From a virus, in IMG/VR virus record IMGVR_UViG_3300034418_009484, positions 1-64,000 of that record: a stretch of DNA of 64,000 nucleotides. One strand, 5' to 3'. Under the pieces are notes generated by a model that had not been told where the DNA came from, ran no database searches, and was given only the letters and a program-made list of their open reading frames with translations. Of this stretch, positions 28,032 through 37,926 are shown one piece after another; the first letter of the stretch is position 1; every line of letters begins with the position of its first letter. A program made the position numbers and the translations under genes.

Positions 28032-28328
28032 ATGACAGAAAAACTTACAGATAAAGAGAAAAAGATTTCTGCAATAGCCATATGGGTTTGGAGAAACTTA
28101 TTGGCCTCTGGAATTATTCTAGTATGTTTTGGTTTCTTATACAACAAATGCGAACAGATAGAAGATAATGTTATAGAGGTAAGCACCGTATTAAAAGAGA
28201 GAATACGTGTAGAAAGAGGAGATTACGGATGGCAATCAGCCAGCTACAGTGAGGTAGCAATAACTCCAGAAAAAATGAAAGAAGGAACACAGGTAAGAGA
28301 GCATATAAGTAATTTTGCAGATAAATAA
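28032..28328 (+). CDS. Hypothetical single-pass membrane protein
   Basis: Hydrophobic LLASGIILVCFGFLY segment; last gene of the + arm. Confidence 0.55.
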   Translation: MTEKLTDKEKKISAIAIWVWRNLLASGIILVCFGFLYNKCEQIEDNVIEVSTVLKERIRVERGDYGWQSASYSEVAITPEKMKEGTQVREHISNFADK

Positions 28329-28375
28329 AAATAGCCAGTAGCTGTAAATTTATAAATGACAACCACTGACTATTT
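28323..28375 (-). terminator. Terminator at the convergence of the two arms
   Basis: On the - strand AAATAGTCAGTGGTTGT pairs with ACAGCTACTGGCTATTT (17 bp with GU), followed by a T-rich tract. Confidence 0.75.
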
Positions 28376-28387
28376 CATCAAATTAAC

Positions 28388-28777
28388 TTATGATGTTTTG
28401 AATTTGAAAAATCCATTGTTAGGCAGAAATCCGTTATGCTTTTCAGCATACTCTTGTTCATCTTTTCTTTGCTCTTTTTGAGCATCGGATAGATGATCCC
28501 ACCTAATTTTTGGATAAACAAAGTTATTATCTTCTGTAGTGCTATAAACAAGTTTAGCTTTACATCCAATATCTTGACAAACGACTTCAAGCCATTTGCT
28601 TTTCTTTGCGGCTGTACGAACTACAAATTTTACATCCTTGCAGCCACACATTCCACATTTCGCAACTGAAAAAACTTCTTGAACTCTTGCAATTTGTTTG
28701 AAAAGTTCCGGCTCTGTATCAGCAGATACGTCGAACCATAAATTGTCAGATGCTTTTACTCTAGCAGTAATTGCCAT
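28388..28777 (-). CDS. Hypothetical Zn-ribbon protein
   Basis: CGMC...C-x4-C. Confidence 0.6.
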   Translation of the reverse strand: MAITARVKASDNLWFDVSADTEPELFKQIARVQEVFSVAKCGMCGCKDVKFVVRTAAKKSKWLEVVCQDIGCKAKLVYSTTEDNNFVYPKIRWDHLSDAQKEQRKDEQEYAEKHNGFLPNNGFFKFKTS

Positions 28778-28779
28778 AA

Positions 28780-29550
28780 TTAAACTCCAAATTCTTCTTC
28801 CCAGTTATCGTTGTAACCAACAAATTCTTCGGGAGTTCCCTCTCGTTGAAAGCTGGACAACTTATTAATCATAAGACGACCTTCTAGATTTTTAACCTCT
28901 CTGATTGATTCAACCTTATCTGAATTAGGATACGATCTAACAAATTTGATTAGATCAACATCATTTCTTTTGCACATTGTTTTAATTGCAACAATTTGTT
29001 GATCATTAATAGGCTCTTTAAGAGTTTTGTTATCATCGTCATCGCTATTAGCAAGCTCTTCTGCTGTTTGAACACGAATCTTTAATGCTCTTCTTAAAGC
29101 TTTTCCTTCTGCTCTGGTACATGCTGTAGAGACTAAGTGTTGATTAAACGGAGATGGAAGTCTTTCTCCTACAACATCAACACATGCGCTAACAGTAATT
29201 AAATCATCTCCCATTTCCCATTTTGCAAGACCTTCTCTGGTATTATCATATTTTCTAATTCTTAAAGTATGTTTAGCAGAAGCTTTTCCAGAAAATGCAA
29301 GTTTTGGTATTTCTAAAATTTCTGTATCAGATTCAACTATTTCTCCAAATACTTTTTCTGTCACTCTCCTGAGTCCGTCAGTCGTAGGAGCGCCACTAAT
29401 TAATTCATGATTAGCTAATTGATCTAGAACATATTCAACCCATTTTGGATCTGTAGGCTTGGGTACTTTTGGTTCTTCTTTTATTTGAACTTCATCTTCA
29501 ACAATTTCCTCAACCATTTCCTCTACCATATTCTTTTTAGACTTGCTCAT
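28780..29550 (-). CDS. Putative single-strand annealing protein (Rad52/ERF-like)
   Basis: PTTDGLRRV...STACTRAEGKALRRAL...TAEEL, plus a C-terminal INDQQI helical module typical of phage SSAPs. Confidence 0.45.
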   Translation of the reverse strand: MSKSKKNMVEEMVEEIVEDEVQIKEEPKVPKPTDPKWVEYVLDQLANHELISGAPTTDGLRRVTEKVFGEIVESDTEILEIPKLAFSGKASAKHTLRIRKYDNTREGLAKWEMGDDLITVSACVDVVGERLPSPFNQHLVSTACTRAEGKALRRALKIRVQTAEELANSDDDDNKTLKEPINDQQIVAIKTMCKRNDVDLIKFVRSYPNSDKVESIREVKNLEGRLMINKLSSFQREGTPEEFVGYNDNWEEEFGV

Positions 29551-30341
29551 ATTTCAAAATACCTCTTTCCTTCTTCTGGGAATTGCTTTTCAACTAAATC
29601 AATTATCTTTTGTAATTCGTTCAAGATATACCTATGGAATCTTTGAGAACCTCTTTTAACTAATTTTACTCTGACTAAAATCATTCCAGAAGATAAAATC
29701 AATCCGTTTTTAGCTAAATCAGCAGCTTGTCTTTTTTTTAACTTTTCTTCACCATAAACTGGTTCAAAATGCATAGGTCCATCTACTTCGATAGCCATAC
29801 TTATATTTCTTATGTAAAGATCTATATGGAACTTTTCATTTTTTAATATATGTTCCTTATGCCTATCTACTCTATACCCTTTTGAAATTAGATATTCAAA
29901 CATCTCTTTTTCTAGTTTAGAGCCTGTTCTAGCGGCCTCTTGGATCGCCTGACCGCCTTTCTTTAAAAATTCGGCCTTTTCCTCGTCTGTTTTTTTATTC
30001 CAGCATTTTCTGGCAATTTCAGACCTGTATTCTAGTTCCGATTCATTCATCGAATCCCAAACTGCACCTTGACTTTCACTTATTTTAAATTTGGTTTCAT
30101 CTGAATGTTTCTTTCCTTCTGTCGGATGCTTTGTTCTTCCTTCTTTTAATGCTATTTTTTGAGCCTCTGATTTATCTCTAGATTTTATTCCTAGTTTCTT
30201 AGCATCTCTTTTTACTTTGTTTGGATATGTTTCTAGCATTTTTGCTATCTCACTCCAACTTTTTTTATCTTCATGATAATGCTTTTCATAATAAGCTTTT
30301 CTTATAGAAGAAAGATCAGTAAAAAATTTTTCTTTACTCAT
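29547..30341 (-). CDS. Putative homing endonuclease: HTH + NUMOD3-like + Vsr/DUF559-like nuclease
   Basis: KSWSEIAKML (HTH), GKKHSDETKFKIS (NUMOD3), SKLE...IDLY...AIEVDGPMH. Confidence 0.7.
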   Translation of the reverse strand: MSKEKFFTDLSSIRKAYYEKHYHEDKKSWSEIAKMLETYPNKVKRDAKKLGIKSRDKSEAQKIALKEGRTKHPTEGKKHSDETKFKISESQGAVWDSMNESELEYRSEIARKCWNKKTDEEKAEFLKKGGQAIQEAARTGSKLEKEMFEYLISKGYRVDRHKEHILKNEKFHIDLYIRNISMAIEVDGPMHFEPVYGEEKLKKRQAADLAKNGLILSSGMILVRVKLVKRGSQRFHRYILNELQKIIDLVEKQFPEEGKRYFEI

Positions 30342-30796
30342 TCTATCACCTTTAATAATTCATCTGGATTCCAATTGTATACTGTTCCAATTGTTGGTTT
30401 GAATAATTTTGTTAGGATTTCGCTATATGAAGAACTTTTTGATATAATATTCATTTCTTCATTAAAAAATATATTGCTTATTTGTTCATTGTTAAAATTT
30501 TCTAAATTCATCCATTCTAATTTGTTTAAATATAAATACTTCTTAAAAGCACATAAAGAATTTAAACAGCATTGAGAATTAAACAGTGAAGTAGCTATCA
30601 GGTGTCCTTTAAATGAAAATAAAGATTCCGCTTGAAGAACACTAAAATTAGCATGGCTAATTAATTTGCTATTTGAATTTTGGAACAAGAATAGATAACA
30701 CCTATTTGTTTTTGATAATTCATTTAAGCATTTTACTATATTATAAGAATCAACATTTTCTTCTAATGAGTTTACTATTACTCCTATTTCTTTCAT
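30338..30796 (-). CDS. Glycosyltransferase-like (GT-B N-terminal half), divergent
   Basis: LIATSLFNS...KYLYLNKLEW resembles GT4 N-domains; cluster context. Confidence 0.35.
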   Translation of the reverse strand: MKEIGVIVNSLEENVDSYNIVKCLNELSKTNRCYLFLFQNSNSKLISHANFSVLQAESLFSFKGHLIATSLFNSQCCLNSLCAFKKYLYLNKLEWMNLENFNNEQISNIFFNEEMNIISKSSSYSEILTKLFKPTIGTVYNWNPDELLKVIE

Positions 30797-31572
30797 AATT
30801 TCATTTCCTCTATAATCATTTTAGCATAATCTTTATAAGTCTTAATATTTTTTTCAATTTTAAATTCTTGTGTTTTATTGACCACTTTTTTACAGATGGA
30901 AAATAATTCTTGTGTATTATTCCACTGGTATTCTTTTTTCTCGTCTTTAATATTAAATGATATAGGTAATATTTCCGAAGATAGACATGTCATATCCCAT
31001 TCATCATTTAATGATATTATTGCTTTTGTAGATTTAAAAACATTGTTGTAATCCGCTTCGCCAATGTTGCCAATATAGTATGGTGAATTAACTTTGTGTT
31101 TACCAATAATTTTTAAATTGAAGTTATCTCCTATTAGATTTAGAATATTATTTATATCCATACTTGTTTTTAACGTATTTGAAATAAATATAAAATCTGA
31201 ATCAAATTTATTATCAAACTTTCCTTCATCTGTAATCATTACATCATTATGCAAGAAGGGCATAAAGTTTTCTTCTTTTTCATTAAATGCATTTATTATG
31301 TAGTCAAATAAATGGTCAAATTTTGGATCAGTTGGCTTGTCTTTTATTAGGCATATCTTTATATTTGGATTTTCTGCTTTTACATAGTCTATGTATATGT
31401 AATCTAAGCTAGAACTATCAACGAATATTAAATCTGGCTTAGATATTTCTATAAAGTCAAATATATTTTGTTTTCTTAAATTTACAAAAAATGCTTCATT
31501 TATTAACTTTTCTATTGCTTGTGCAAATCCAATTATTTTTGGATTATCTGTAGCAGTAAAATATATTCTCAT
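30793..31572 (-). CDS. Glycosyltransferase-like (CgeB/GT-B-like), divergent
   Basis: KPDLIFVD...DFIFIS...YNNVFKSTKAIIS. Confidence 0.4.
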   Translation of the reverse strand: MRIYFTATDNPKIIGFAQAIEKLINEAFFVNLRKQNIFDFIEISKPDLIFVDSSSLDYIYIDYVKAENPNIKICLIKDKPTDPKFDHLFDYIINAFNEKEENFMPFLHNDVMITDEGKFDNKFDSDFIFISNTLKTSMDINNILNLIGDNFNLKIIGKHKVNSPYYIGNIGEADYNNVFKSTKAIISLNDEWDMTCLSSEILPISFNIKDEKKEYQWNNTQELFSICKKVVNKTQEFKIEKNIKTYKDYAKMIIEEMKL

Positions 31573-32282
31573 ATTATTCCTTTTACTAATTCTATGTCTT
31601 TATAACTGTCAATATCAATTACCTTGGCGTTTTTATCATTAAAAACATTGATTGATCCACCGTAATTAATGATACTGTTTATAACTTCAAAACCAAATAG
31701 GTTATAGTTATCTGGATTCCAACATATTTTTTTTAATAGTTTTAATTCGTATCCCTTAAAAAATGATATTTGCCCCCATTTAATTTCTAGGTCATACATC
31801 ATATTTTCTACTGTAAGTCTGTTATTTATGGTACATCCCACTTCATTTTTTTTCATGATATTTTTTGACGCAACAATTCCAGAATGATTAAATTTAATAC
31901 ATTCCAAACATTCGTTATTAAATATCAAGTCTCCATATATCACCAATACATTATTTTTTGAGGCTCTTAATCCTATTCCTATAGACCTTGCTACGTTAGT
32001 AGAGTCATACGATTCATTTTCAATTTTAACAATACTATCTGGAGAATAATCCATTAATTCATCAGACTTAAATCCTGTTATTAATATTATGTTTGCTTCT
32101 GGAAAAAACTTTTTTATTTTTTCTAATTGTAAATCTAATATTGTTTTTTCTTTATAGACTTTTATTAAAGATTTTGCCCCATAGGATTTCATCCTTTTGC
32201 CTAATCCGGCAGCGGGGATTATTATGTCTAATTCTGAAAAATTTAGATCTTGTTTTATATTTCTAGAGTATCGTCTTGACAT
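31569..32282 (-). CDS. Sugar/choline-phosphate nucleotidyltransferase (NTP_transf, LicC-like)
   Basis: IIIPAAGLGKRMKS...KSLI, VIYGDLIF, DIDSYKD. Confidence 0.8.
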   Translation of the reverse strand: MSRRYSRNIKQDLNFSELDIIIPAAGLGKRMKSYGAKSLIKVYKEKTILDLQLEKIKKFFPEANIILITGFKSDELMDYSPDSIVKIENESYDSTNVARSIGIGLRASKNNVLVIYGDLIFNNECLECIKFNHSGIVASKNIMKKNEVGCTINNRLTVENMMYDLEIKWGQISFFKGYELKLLKKICWNPDNYNLFGFEVINSIINYGGSINVFNDKNAKVIDIDSYKDIELVKGII

Positions 32283-32643
32283 ATCTAAACACAGGTTCTG
32301 ATAAATGATCTATTAATTTACTACTTAAACTTGTTTGAATTTGTTTTATTATGTTAGGATTAAAAGGATTTACATTATTTGATTTTTTTAAAAAGTATGG
32401 GAATGAATCAATATATTGATTTTCTAACCTTTGAGTATAATATTCGTTAAATTCATTTTGCAATAAAACGTCTGTTGTTAGCATAACCTTATTGTCATCA
32501 TCCATAATTTTATTAACTATATCATAGTAAGAATTTTTGATAAAAACTCCATCCTTAATTATACATACTAATGTGTCATTTGGAATTTCTTCCCACTTAG
32601 AATTATTGTCTTGATCTAAATTGATTACTTTAAACTTGGACAT
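32263..32643 (-). CDS. Hypothetical protein (possible degenerate GT-A fragment)
   Basis: Overlapping gene within the glyco cluster. Confidence 0.45.
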   Translation of the reverse strand: MSKFKVINLDQDNNSKWEEIPNDTLVCIIKDGVFIKNSYYDIVNKIMDDDNKVMLTTDVLLQNEFNEYYTQRLENQYIDSFPYFLKKSNNVNPFNPNIIKQIQTSLSSKLIDHLSEPVFRYVKTIL

Positions 32644-33455
32644 ATATCAGTCGCCTCAAAAATAAATTTACTAGCATCGGGTTCGTACTTTAATATTTTA
32701 TCTTCTAAATTAATTTTAAATGCATTCCCTCCATGCTTTTCATGAGCAACCTTACTAACAATCATTCCGTTTAAATTATCTACAGGATTTGCAAAACAAA
32801 GCTGTTTCATTTTAATTAAAATAGCATCATTCAAATCTTTACTAAAACTATCAGGAACACTAAAATTAGTATTGAATACAACATAAAATGGATATGGATG
32901 TTTTTTACTTCCATCAAAAGTCACATCTACTAAATCCCTATCTGATAATTCATTATCGTATACGTTTTTCAAAGAATATTGATGAAAAGAATATGACTTT
33001 AATAACTCTAGTATCTGACTAGGTTTTATAGATTTTTCCCCATTTGATTCTATGTATGAGTTATACTGCTTGTTTATTACAGTGATTAATGAAGGTTTTA
33101 TTTCTTGTGTATTTAATTGATTTAAGATTGATTTCAAATCTTGATATGTTGAATTTTTTTCTAAAAATAACATGACTTGATATGATACTTTTGTTTGCAT
33201 CTCTACTATTTTTTTCCAATTTTTATTGGAATATTTTTTCATTAGTTCTTCGTGTCTATAAAATAGACATAGCCTACCATTGATTACTTTATACATATTT
33301 CCATCTGAATGGTTAAGCTCTAACACTTCTACGTCTGCATTTTCATAATCTTCTAATTTTTTTAAATCACATCCTATTTGTTTGTTTTCTTTTATTATAG
33401 AAAAAACACAATTTCTACAAGATGTGTGTACTTGATTTAATTCTACAGGTTCCAT
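32625..33455 (-). CDS. Hypothetical protein with N-terminal Cys cluster
   Basis: TSCRNCVF...GC...LCLFYR. Confidence 0.55.
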   Translation of the reverse strand: MEPVELNQVHTSCRNCVFSIIKENKQIGCDLKKLEDYENADVEVLELNHSDGNMYKVINGRLCLFYRHEELMKKYSNKNWKKIVEMQTKVSYQVMLFLEKNSTYQDLKSILNQLNTQEIKPSLITVINKQYNSYIESNGEKSIKPSQILELLKSYSFHQYSLKNVYDNELSDRDLVDVTFDGSKKHPYPFYVVFNTNFSVPDSFSKDLNDAILIKMKQLCFANPVDNLNGMIVSKVAHEKHGGNAFKINLEDKILKYEPDASKFIFEATDICPSLK

Positions 33456-33841
33456 TAGACTTTCCTTGTTGCTTCAATATTAAAAACTGAATTGTTAACA
33501 TTCATAAATTCTATCTTCCATCCTTTTTCTTCAAAAAAATTCTTTAGTTCTGCAACCGTATAGAAAGATTTTGTTTTTGAAAGATATTCATTTGAATAAG
33601 GATAATTTTCATGTAAAATTTTTACACAAACATCTAAAATATCAATTCCAGAAATCCTTATTTTGCCATTAATTCTTAATTTACTACAGACAATATTCAA
33701 AAAATCTTTCTCTTCAAAACCTAATACATTATCTACATATATTTGAGTAAAAAATGAATCTGGAATATTCATTAATTCACTTGTAGTTATATCATTATGA
33801 TTTTCTTTGTTAGTGGTTATTCTTATATTATTTTCAATCAT
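33455..33841 (-). CDS. Truncated SAM-methyltransferase-like protein
   Basis: IPDSFFTQIY...VL...KLRINGKIRI resembles the second half of a class I MTase; no GxG motif I. Confidence 0.35.
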   Translation of the reverse strand: MIENNIRITTNKENHNDITTSELMNIPDSFFTQIYVDNVLGFEEKDFLNIVCSKLRINGKIRISGIDILDVCVKILHENYPYSNEYLSKTKSFYTVAELKNFFEEKGWKIEFMNVNNSVFNIEATRKV

Positions 33842-34800
33842 TAGTATCCTCTTATGTAATTTGTTTCAGAAGCATATCTAAAAATATTTTCCCATGATGT
33901 TTTAAATTTTTCTTGTCCGCAACAATAATTATCTACAAAATTTTCTGCGTTTTTTATTACATTCTTTTCAACTGCAAGATGATAAATAGCATCACATGTC
34001 TGATGTGCTACTATTACTTTGGGCAGATCATTAGGCAGTCCTATTATAATCGCATTTTTTAAAAGATATTCTAAATCAAAACATTCTTCTTTTGTAAGAT
34101 TAGGAATTATTACTGGTATTGATGATCTCATGCAGGTTAGTAGCAGATGGTCAATATTATTAAATAAATGCAGATAAACTTTTGCTTTGTTAATATCTTT
34201 TGTAATAAATTCTTTATTTAATCCTATTCTTGATAAATAAATATCTGGTATTTTAGGATCTACAAAAATAGAAGAAGGATTTTTGACATCTATTTTTTCT
34301 GGAATTAAATTAGGAATAATCATATTGATTGACTCTTGCCCATACATCCAAGAGTTCATAATTAATTCATTTGTATGAACATTAACTAATCCGTGTTTCT
34401 TTATAGATTCTTGTTTAGAAAATTCATTAGGTGTTCCAAATAATTTGCGACCTACTGATATGGAACTACAATCATCAATAGATATTAAGTTAATATTTAA
34501 TTGATTAGAAATTTTTCTTCCTATATCGTAAGACTCATTTCTTCTAAAGGTTAAAACTAAGTCTATAAATTTACATTTAAGATTATTAAGATCTGTAATA
34601 AAATTCAAATTATATGGTTTTATTTGAGGATTAAACCATTGTGGACCTCCTTCTAAGCTTTTAAATAAATAAAAATTGTGATTTGAGTTATTACATAGAT
34701 TTTTAATATAATCATCTTCATATTGATTTATTATTAGTATATTTAATTTTCTTTCAATATTGTCAGCAATTGCATTTTCTATAATTTTTTCTATATACAT
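33841..34800 (-). CDS. Glycosyltransferase-like (GT-B), divergent
   Basis: LNILII N-terminus; AKVYLHL...LLTCMRSSIPVI (degenerate EAM.G.PVI); FKTSWENIF. Confidence 0.45.
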   Translation of the reverse strand: MYIEKIIENAIADNIERKLNILIINQYEDDYIKNLCNNSNHNFYLFKSLEGGPQWFNPQIKPYNLNFITDLNNLKCKFIDLVLTFRRNESYDIGRKISNQLNINLISIDDCSSISVGRKLFGTPNEFSKQESIKKHGLVNVHTNELIMNSWMYGQESINMIIPNLIPEKIDVKNPSSIFVDPKIPDIYLSRIGLNKEFITKDINKAKVYLHLFNNIDHLLLTCMRSSIPVIIPNLTKEECFDLEYLLKNAIIIGLPNDLPKVIVAHQTCDAIYHLAVEKNVIKNAENFVDNYCCGQEKFKTSWENIFRYASETNYIRGY

Positions 34801-35849
34801 ATTAGTTGTTTAGCCTTATCAATAAATGACTTATGAATTTCCTGTGAATAATCAGACACTAATGATTTATTTTCTTTTATTCTATATCCATCAAATGCCA
34901 TTTTCATTTTATTGCTTAAATCAGCAGATGAAGGTATCGTGTAATAGTTTTTATGTTTATAAAAATTGCTTTTAGTGCTACCCACAGAAATTTCATAATG
35001 TGATTTAATCTGGTAGTCATAGTTATTCAATAGTTTTACATTATCTAAGCATAAGCAAATTTTATTTTGATAAATAGATTTCAAAAAATTTATATCTGGC
35101 TTTGCATTAAAATTAACATGTATGTAAAAGTCTGAAAATTTATGGGACCAGTCTATTTCATCTTCGGAATTGGCAATTGCTACCGTTGGATAAAGTTCTT
35201 TAGATGAATATAAATTCATTTTTTCTTTAAATTCATTTATAAAATTTAGCAGATTTTTATCTGATGAATATAGAATTAAGGCAACATCATCTAATGATGT
35301 AAATGTAGAGTAGTAGGCTGATAGTATTTGATTTATTCCGCTCTTAGAATTTGTTGAAACTTCTGCATAGAATGTTTTTTTATTTCCTAAACTAATGTCT
35401 ATTTTTTTATCTTTAATAGACGAAAGATTAACTGGATATGTATCAAAATTAAATATCTCTGTTTTTACTCCAGACTTTTTTAAAATTTCCTTTTCATGTT
35501 CTGAAAATACTACGATAGTATCGAATAGATTTAAATTTGAAACCCATCCTACATAGCTAATATCATGTTCAATAGAAGTCACCACTATATTTTTTTTGAA
35601 TTTTCCATGATAGACTAAATTGTTTGGTATTCCATGCTGTATTAATATTTCAGGTTTTGAAACTTTTCTTTTTTCAAATTCAAATATTTCTCCATTGATT
35701 ACAGAGTCAATAGATTGATTATACCATATATTTCTAGATGAAAGATTATTTTTATCTTCAATACAAAAAGCCAAGTTGTCTAATAAAGCCTTGCTTATTT
35801 TACCCCACGAATCAGTTTGTCTATAGGGTCCAATATATAAAATGCTCAT
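34791..35849 (-). CDS. Glycosyltransferase-like (GT4), divergent
   Basis: ILYIGPYRQTDSWG; KSGINQILSAYYSTFT..DDVALIL. Confidence 0.55.
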   Translation of the reverse strand: MSILYIGPYRQTDSWGKISKALLDNLAFCIEDKNNLSSRNIWYNQSIDSVINGEIFEFEKRKVSKPEILIQHGIPNNLVYHGKFKKNIVVTSIEHDISYVGWVSNLNLFDTIVVFSEHEKEILKKSGVKTEIFNFDTYPVNLSSIKDKKIDISLGNKKTFYAEVSTNSKSGINQILSAYYSTFTSLDDVALILYSSDKNLLNFINEFKEKMNLYSSKELYPTVAIANSEDEIDWSHKFSDFYIHVNFNAKPDINFLKSIYQNKICLCLDNVKLLNNYDYQIKSHYEISVGSTKSNFYKHKNYYTIPSSADLSNKMKMAFDGYRIKENKSLVSDYSQEIHKSFIDKAKQLICI

Positions 35850-37459
35850 TTAACATCTCCAGAATTATTTGTCAATTTAAGTCTTAGCTGATCTATATTA
35901 AATCTTTTTATAGCTTGATTTCTAAATTCTTTAAATACAGATTCTTGTGTAATTCTATCTAGAGTCTTATCAAAAATCCTTACTTCTAAATTTAATGATT
36001 TTATATATTGCATCATTTTATAATTGTAAAGATGATATTGGTCTTGCAATAACTCTGAAAATATCCATTCCATAAACTGAACATTATTTAAGTTTTTAGG
36101 ATAATCACTTGGTATTTCTTTTATTAACTGTTTAAAATTCCAAGGTAGTTTTTTATTGTTTGTTAAATCAAACCATTTTTCCCATACCTTAGCTGTTTTA
36201 TCCCAATCGTATTTTTCTACACATAATGATCTAGTTCTAAGTCTTTTTTGTTTTATTTTATCAGGACTTATTTTAACAAAGTCTTTCATTATTTTTAATA
36301 GTCTTTCATTATTTGGTCCTGATCTATCAGCATTAGTTTCAATTTCCCTATAAAGATTTGGCGATATAGGAAATCCATCAGTACTTAATACTATATCTTC
36401 CATAGCAGAATAATCTATAGAGGCTATAGGAACGCCACATGCAGCAGCTTCCACTTGAGGCATACCAAAACCTTCACAAATTGCATATTGAATATATAGG
36501 TCCATTAGATTGTAAATATTAATTAAATCTTTATGTTCAATTCCATCAGAAACGCCTGGGAATACACAAGATTTATTTCCACATCTTTTACAAACTGTTA
36601 TCGCGTCTTTATATATCGAACTAAAATAATGATTACATAACCTGCATTTATATGTACATAAAATTTTTGATCCTAATCCAAATTCTGTAATTAAATCTGA
36701 AAACTCCCATCCCATTTTTTCTGGATAGCTGGTATGTATATACAAGTATGATTTGTTAGAAATCTCTACGGGACTTGTTTTTAAAAACTCATTAAATGTT
36801 TTCATTAGTTCAGGAAACATCTTACGTTTTTGGTTTCTCATTACTGTCCCAAAAATAATACTATCTTCTGGAAGACCAAAAGATTTTTTATGTTTTCCTT
36901 TATTAGGAATAATATCAAGTTCATTTTTATTAACTCCTGGGTAAGCACAATCTACAGGGATTATTCTTCCATTCGTTTGATTTTTAATAGTTTTTATTCC
37001 ATATTCTGAATAGGCTAAAAGAGTATCGCATCTATTAAAAAGATTATAAATCCAATCGGTCTTTTGTGGTGCGCTATCTATTGTGGGCATCCATACCCAA
37101 TTAAAAAATGGTAGAAGTGCGCTATCTGATATATATGCATCCATCCAGGGGTCACGATATGTGGCAACTATATCTGGTTGAAATTGAACGCAAATTTCAT
37201 CAAACTTTAAAACACCCCATTGAACCAATGGTTGTTTGTGATGCTCCGCATATTCTTTTTCATTATTCTCTGGTGCTACACCAACAACTTTCCATTTACA
37301 ATCTTTAAATTCTGAAGTTCTTGCATAACATGCTAATTCTAATATTTCATATTTATTAGTTGCATGAAGTCTACTTATAACCTCTTTTGAATATGTCCCA
37401 AATCCAGAAGCTAGTTTGTGTGACTCTGTTAGAAAGAGTATTCTTTTTTTTCTATTCAT
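35846..37459 (-). CDS. GT4 glycosyltransferase with Zn-ribbon insertion
   Basis: SGFGTY, RNQKRK, EGFGMPQVEAAACGVP; insertion CRLC-x13-CKRC. Confidence 0.85.
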   Translation of the reverse strand: MNRKKRILFLTESHKLASGFGTYSKEVISRLHATNKYEILELACYARTSEFKDCKWKVVGVAPENNEKEYAEHHKQPLVQWGVLKFDEICVQFQPDIVATYRDPWMDAYISDSALLPFFNWVWMPTIDSAPQKTDWIYNLFNRCDTLLAYSEYGIKTIKNQTNGRIIPVDCAYPGVNKNELDIIPNKGKHKKSFGLPEDSIIFGTVMRNQKRKMFPELMKTFNEFLKTSPVEISNKSYLYIHTSYPEKMGWEFSDLITEFGLGSKILCTYKCRLCNHYFSSIYKDAITVCKRCGNKSCVFPGVSDGIEHKDLINIYNLMDLYIQYAICEGFGMPQVEAAACGVPIASIDYSAMEDIVLSTDGFPISPNLYREIETNADRSGPNNERLLKIMKDFVKISPDKIKQKRLRTRSLCVEKYDWDKTAKVWEKWFDLTNNKKLPWNFKQLIKEIPSDYPKNLNNVQFMEWIFSELLQDQYHLYNYKMMQYIKSLNLEVRIFDKTLDRITQESVFKEFRNQAIKRFNIDQLRLKLTNNSGDVK

Positions 37460-37913
37460 TACAGTTTGCTTTTCTCAATTTTTTTACTAAGTTGTAAAAT
37501 TTATTTTTTACAGAAGAAGAAGACTGATCTAAGATATTACAAATTTCTCTAAATTTATATCCTTCTACCCTTAAACTTAATATCAGTTTTTCATCTCTTG
37601 TCATTTCATTAGTATAACATTCCCATAATTCATTATCAAGATTTCTTGAATAAAATTTATCAGAAACGTCTTGCAAAGATATATTTTTATGTTTATTATA
37701 ATTCTTTATTTCTCTTATTATAGACCACCTGATTGGTCGCCAAGCATATGTAGATATGACATTTCCAGATTTTACATCATATTTTTTTAAAGCTTTCCAT
37801 AAACCTATTCTTCCAGCATCCATATAATCTTGACGTTCTGTATAATTTTTAGGTTCAAAAGAATTTACAATCTTAGCTACCAAACCCATGTTTTCTTCTA
37901 TTAATTCATCCAT
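37452..37913 (-). CDS. Phage RNA polymerase sigma factor (sigma70 regions 2 and 4)
   Basis: LIEENMGLV...DYMDAGRIGLWKA...STYAWRPIR; EGYKFREIC HTH. Confidence 0.85.
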   Translation of the reverse strand: MDELIEENMGLVAKIVNSFEPKNYTERQDYMDAGRIGLWKALKKYDVKSGNVISTYAWRPIRWSIIREIKNYNKHKNISLQDVSDKFYSRNLDNELWECYTNEMTRDEKLILSLRVEGYKFREICNILDQSSSSVKNKFYNLVKKLRKANCNE

Positions 37914-37926
37914 TCATTTATCCTTA

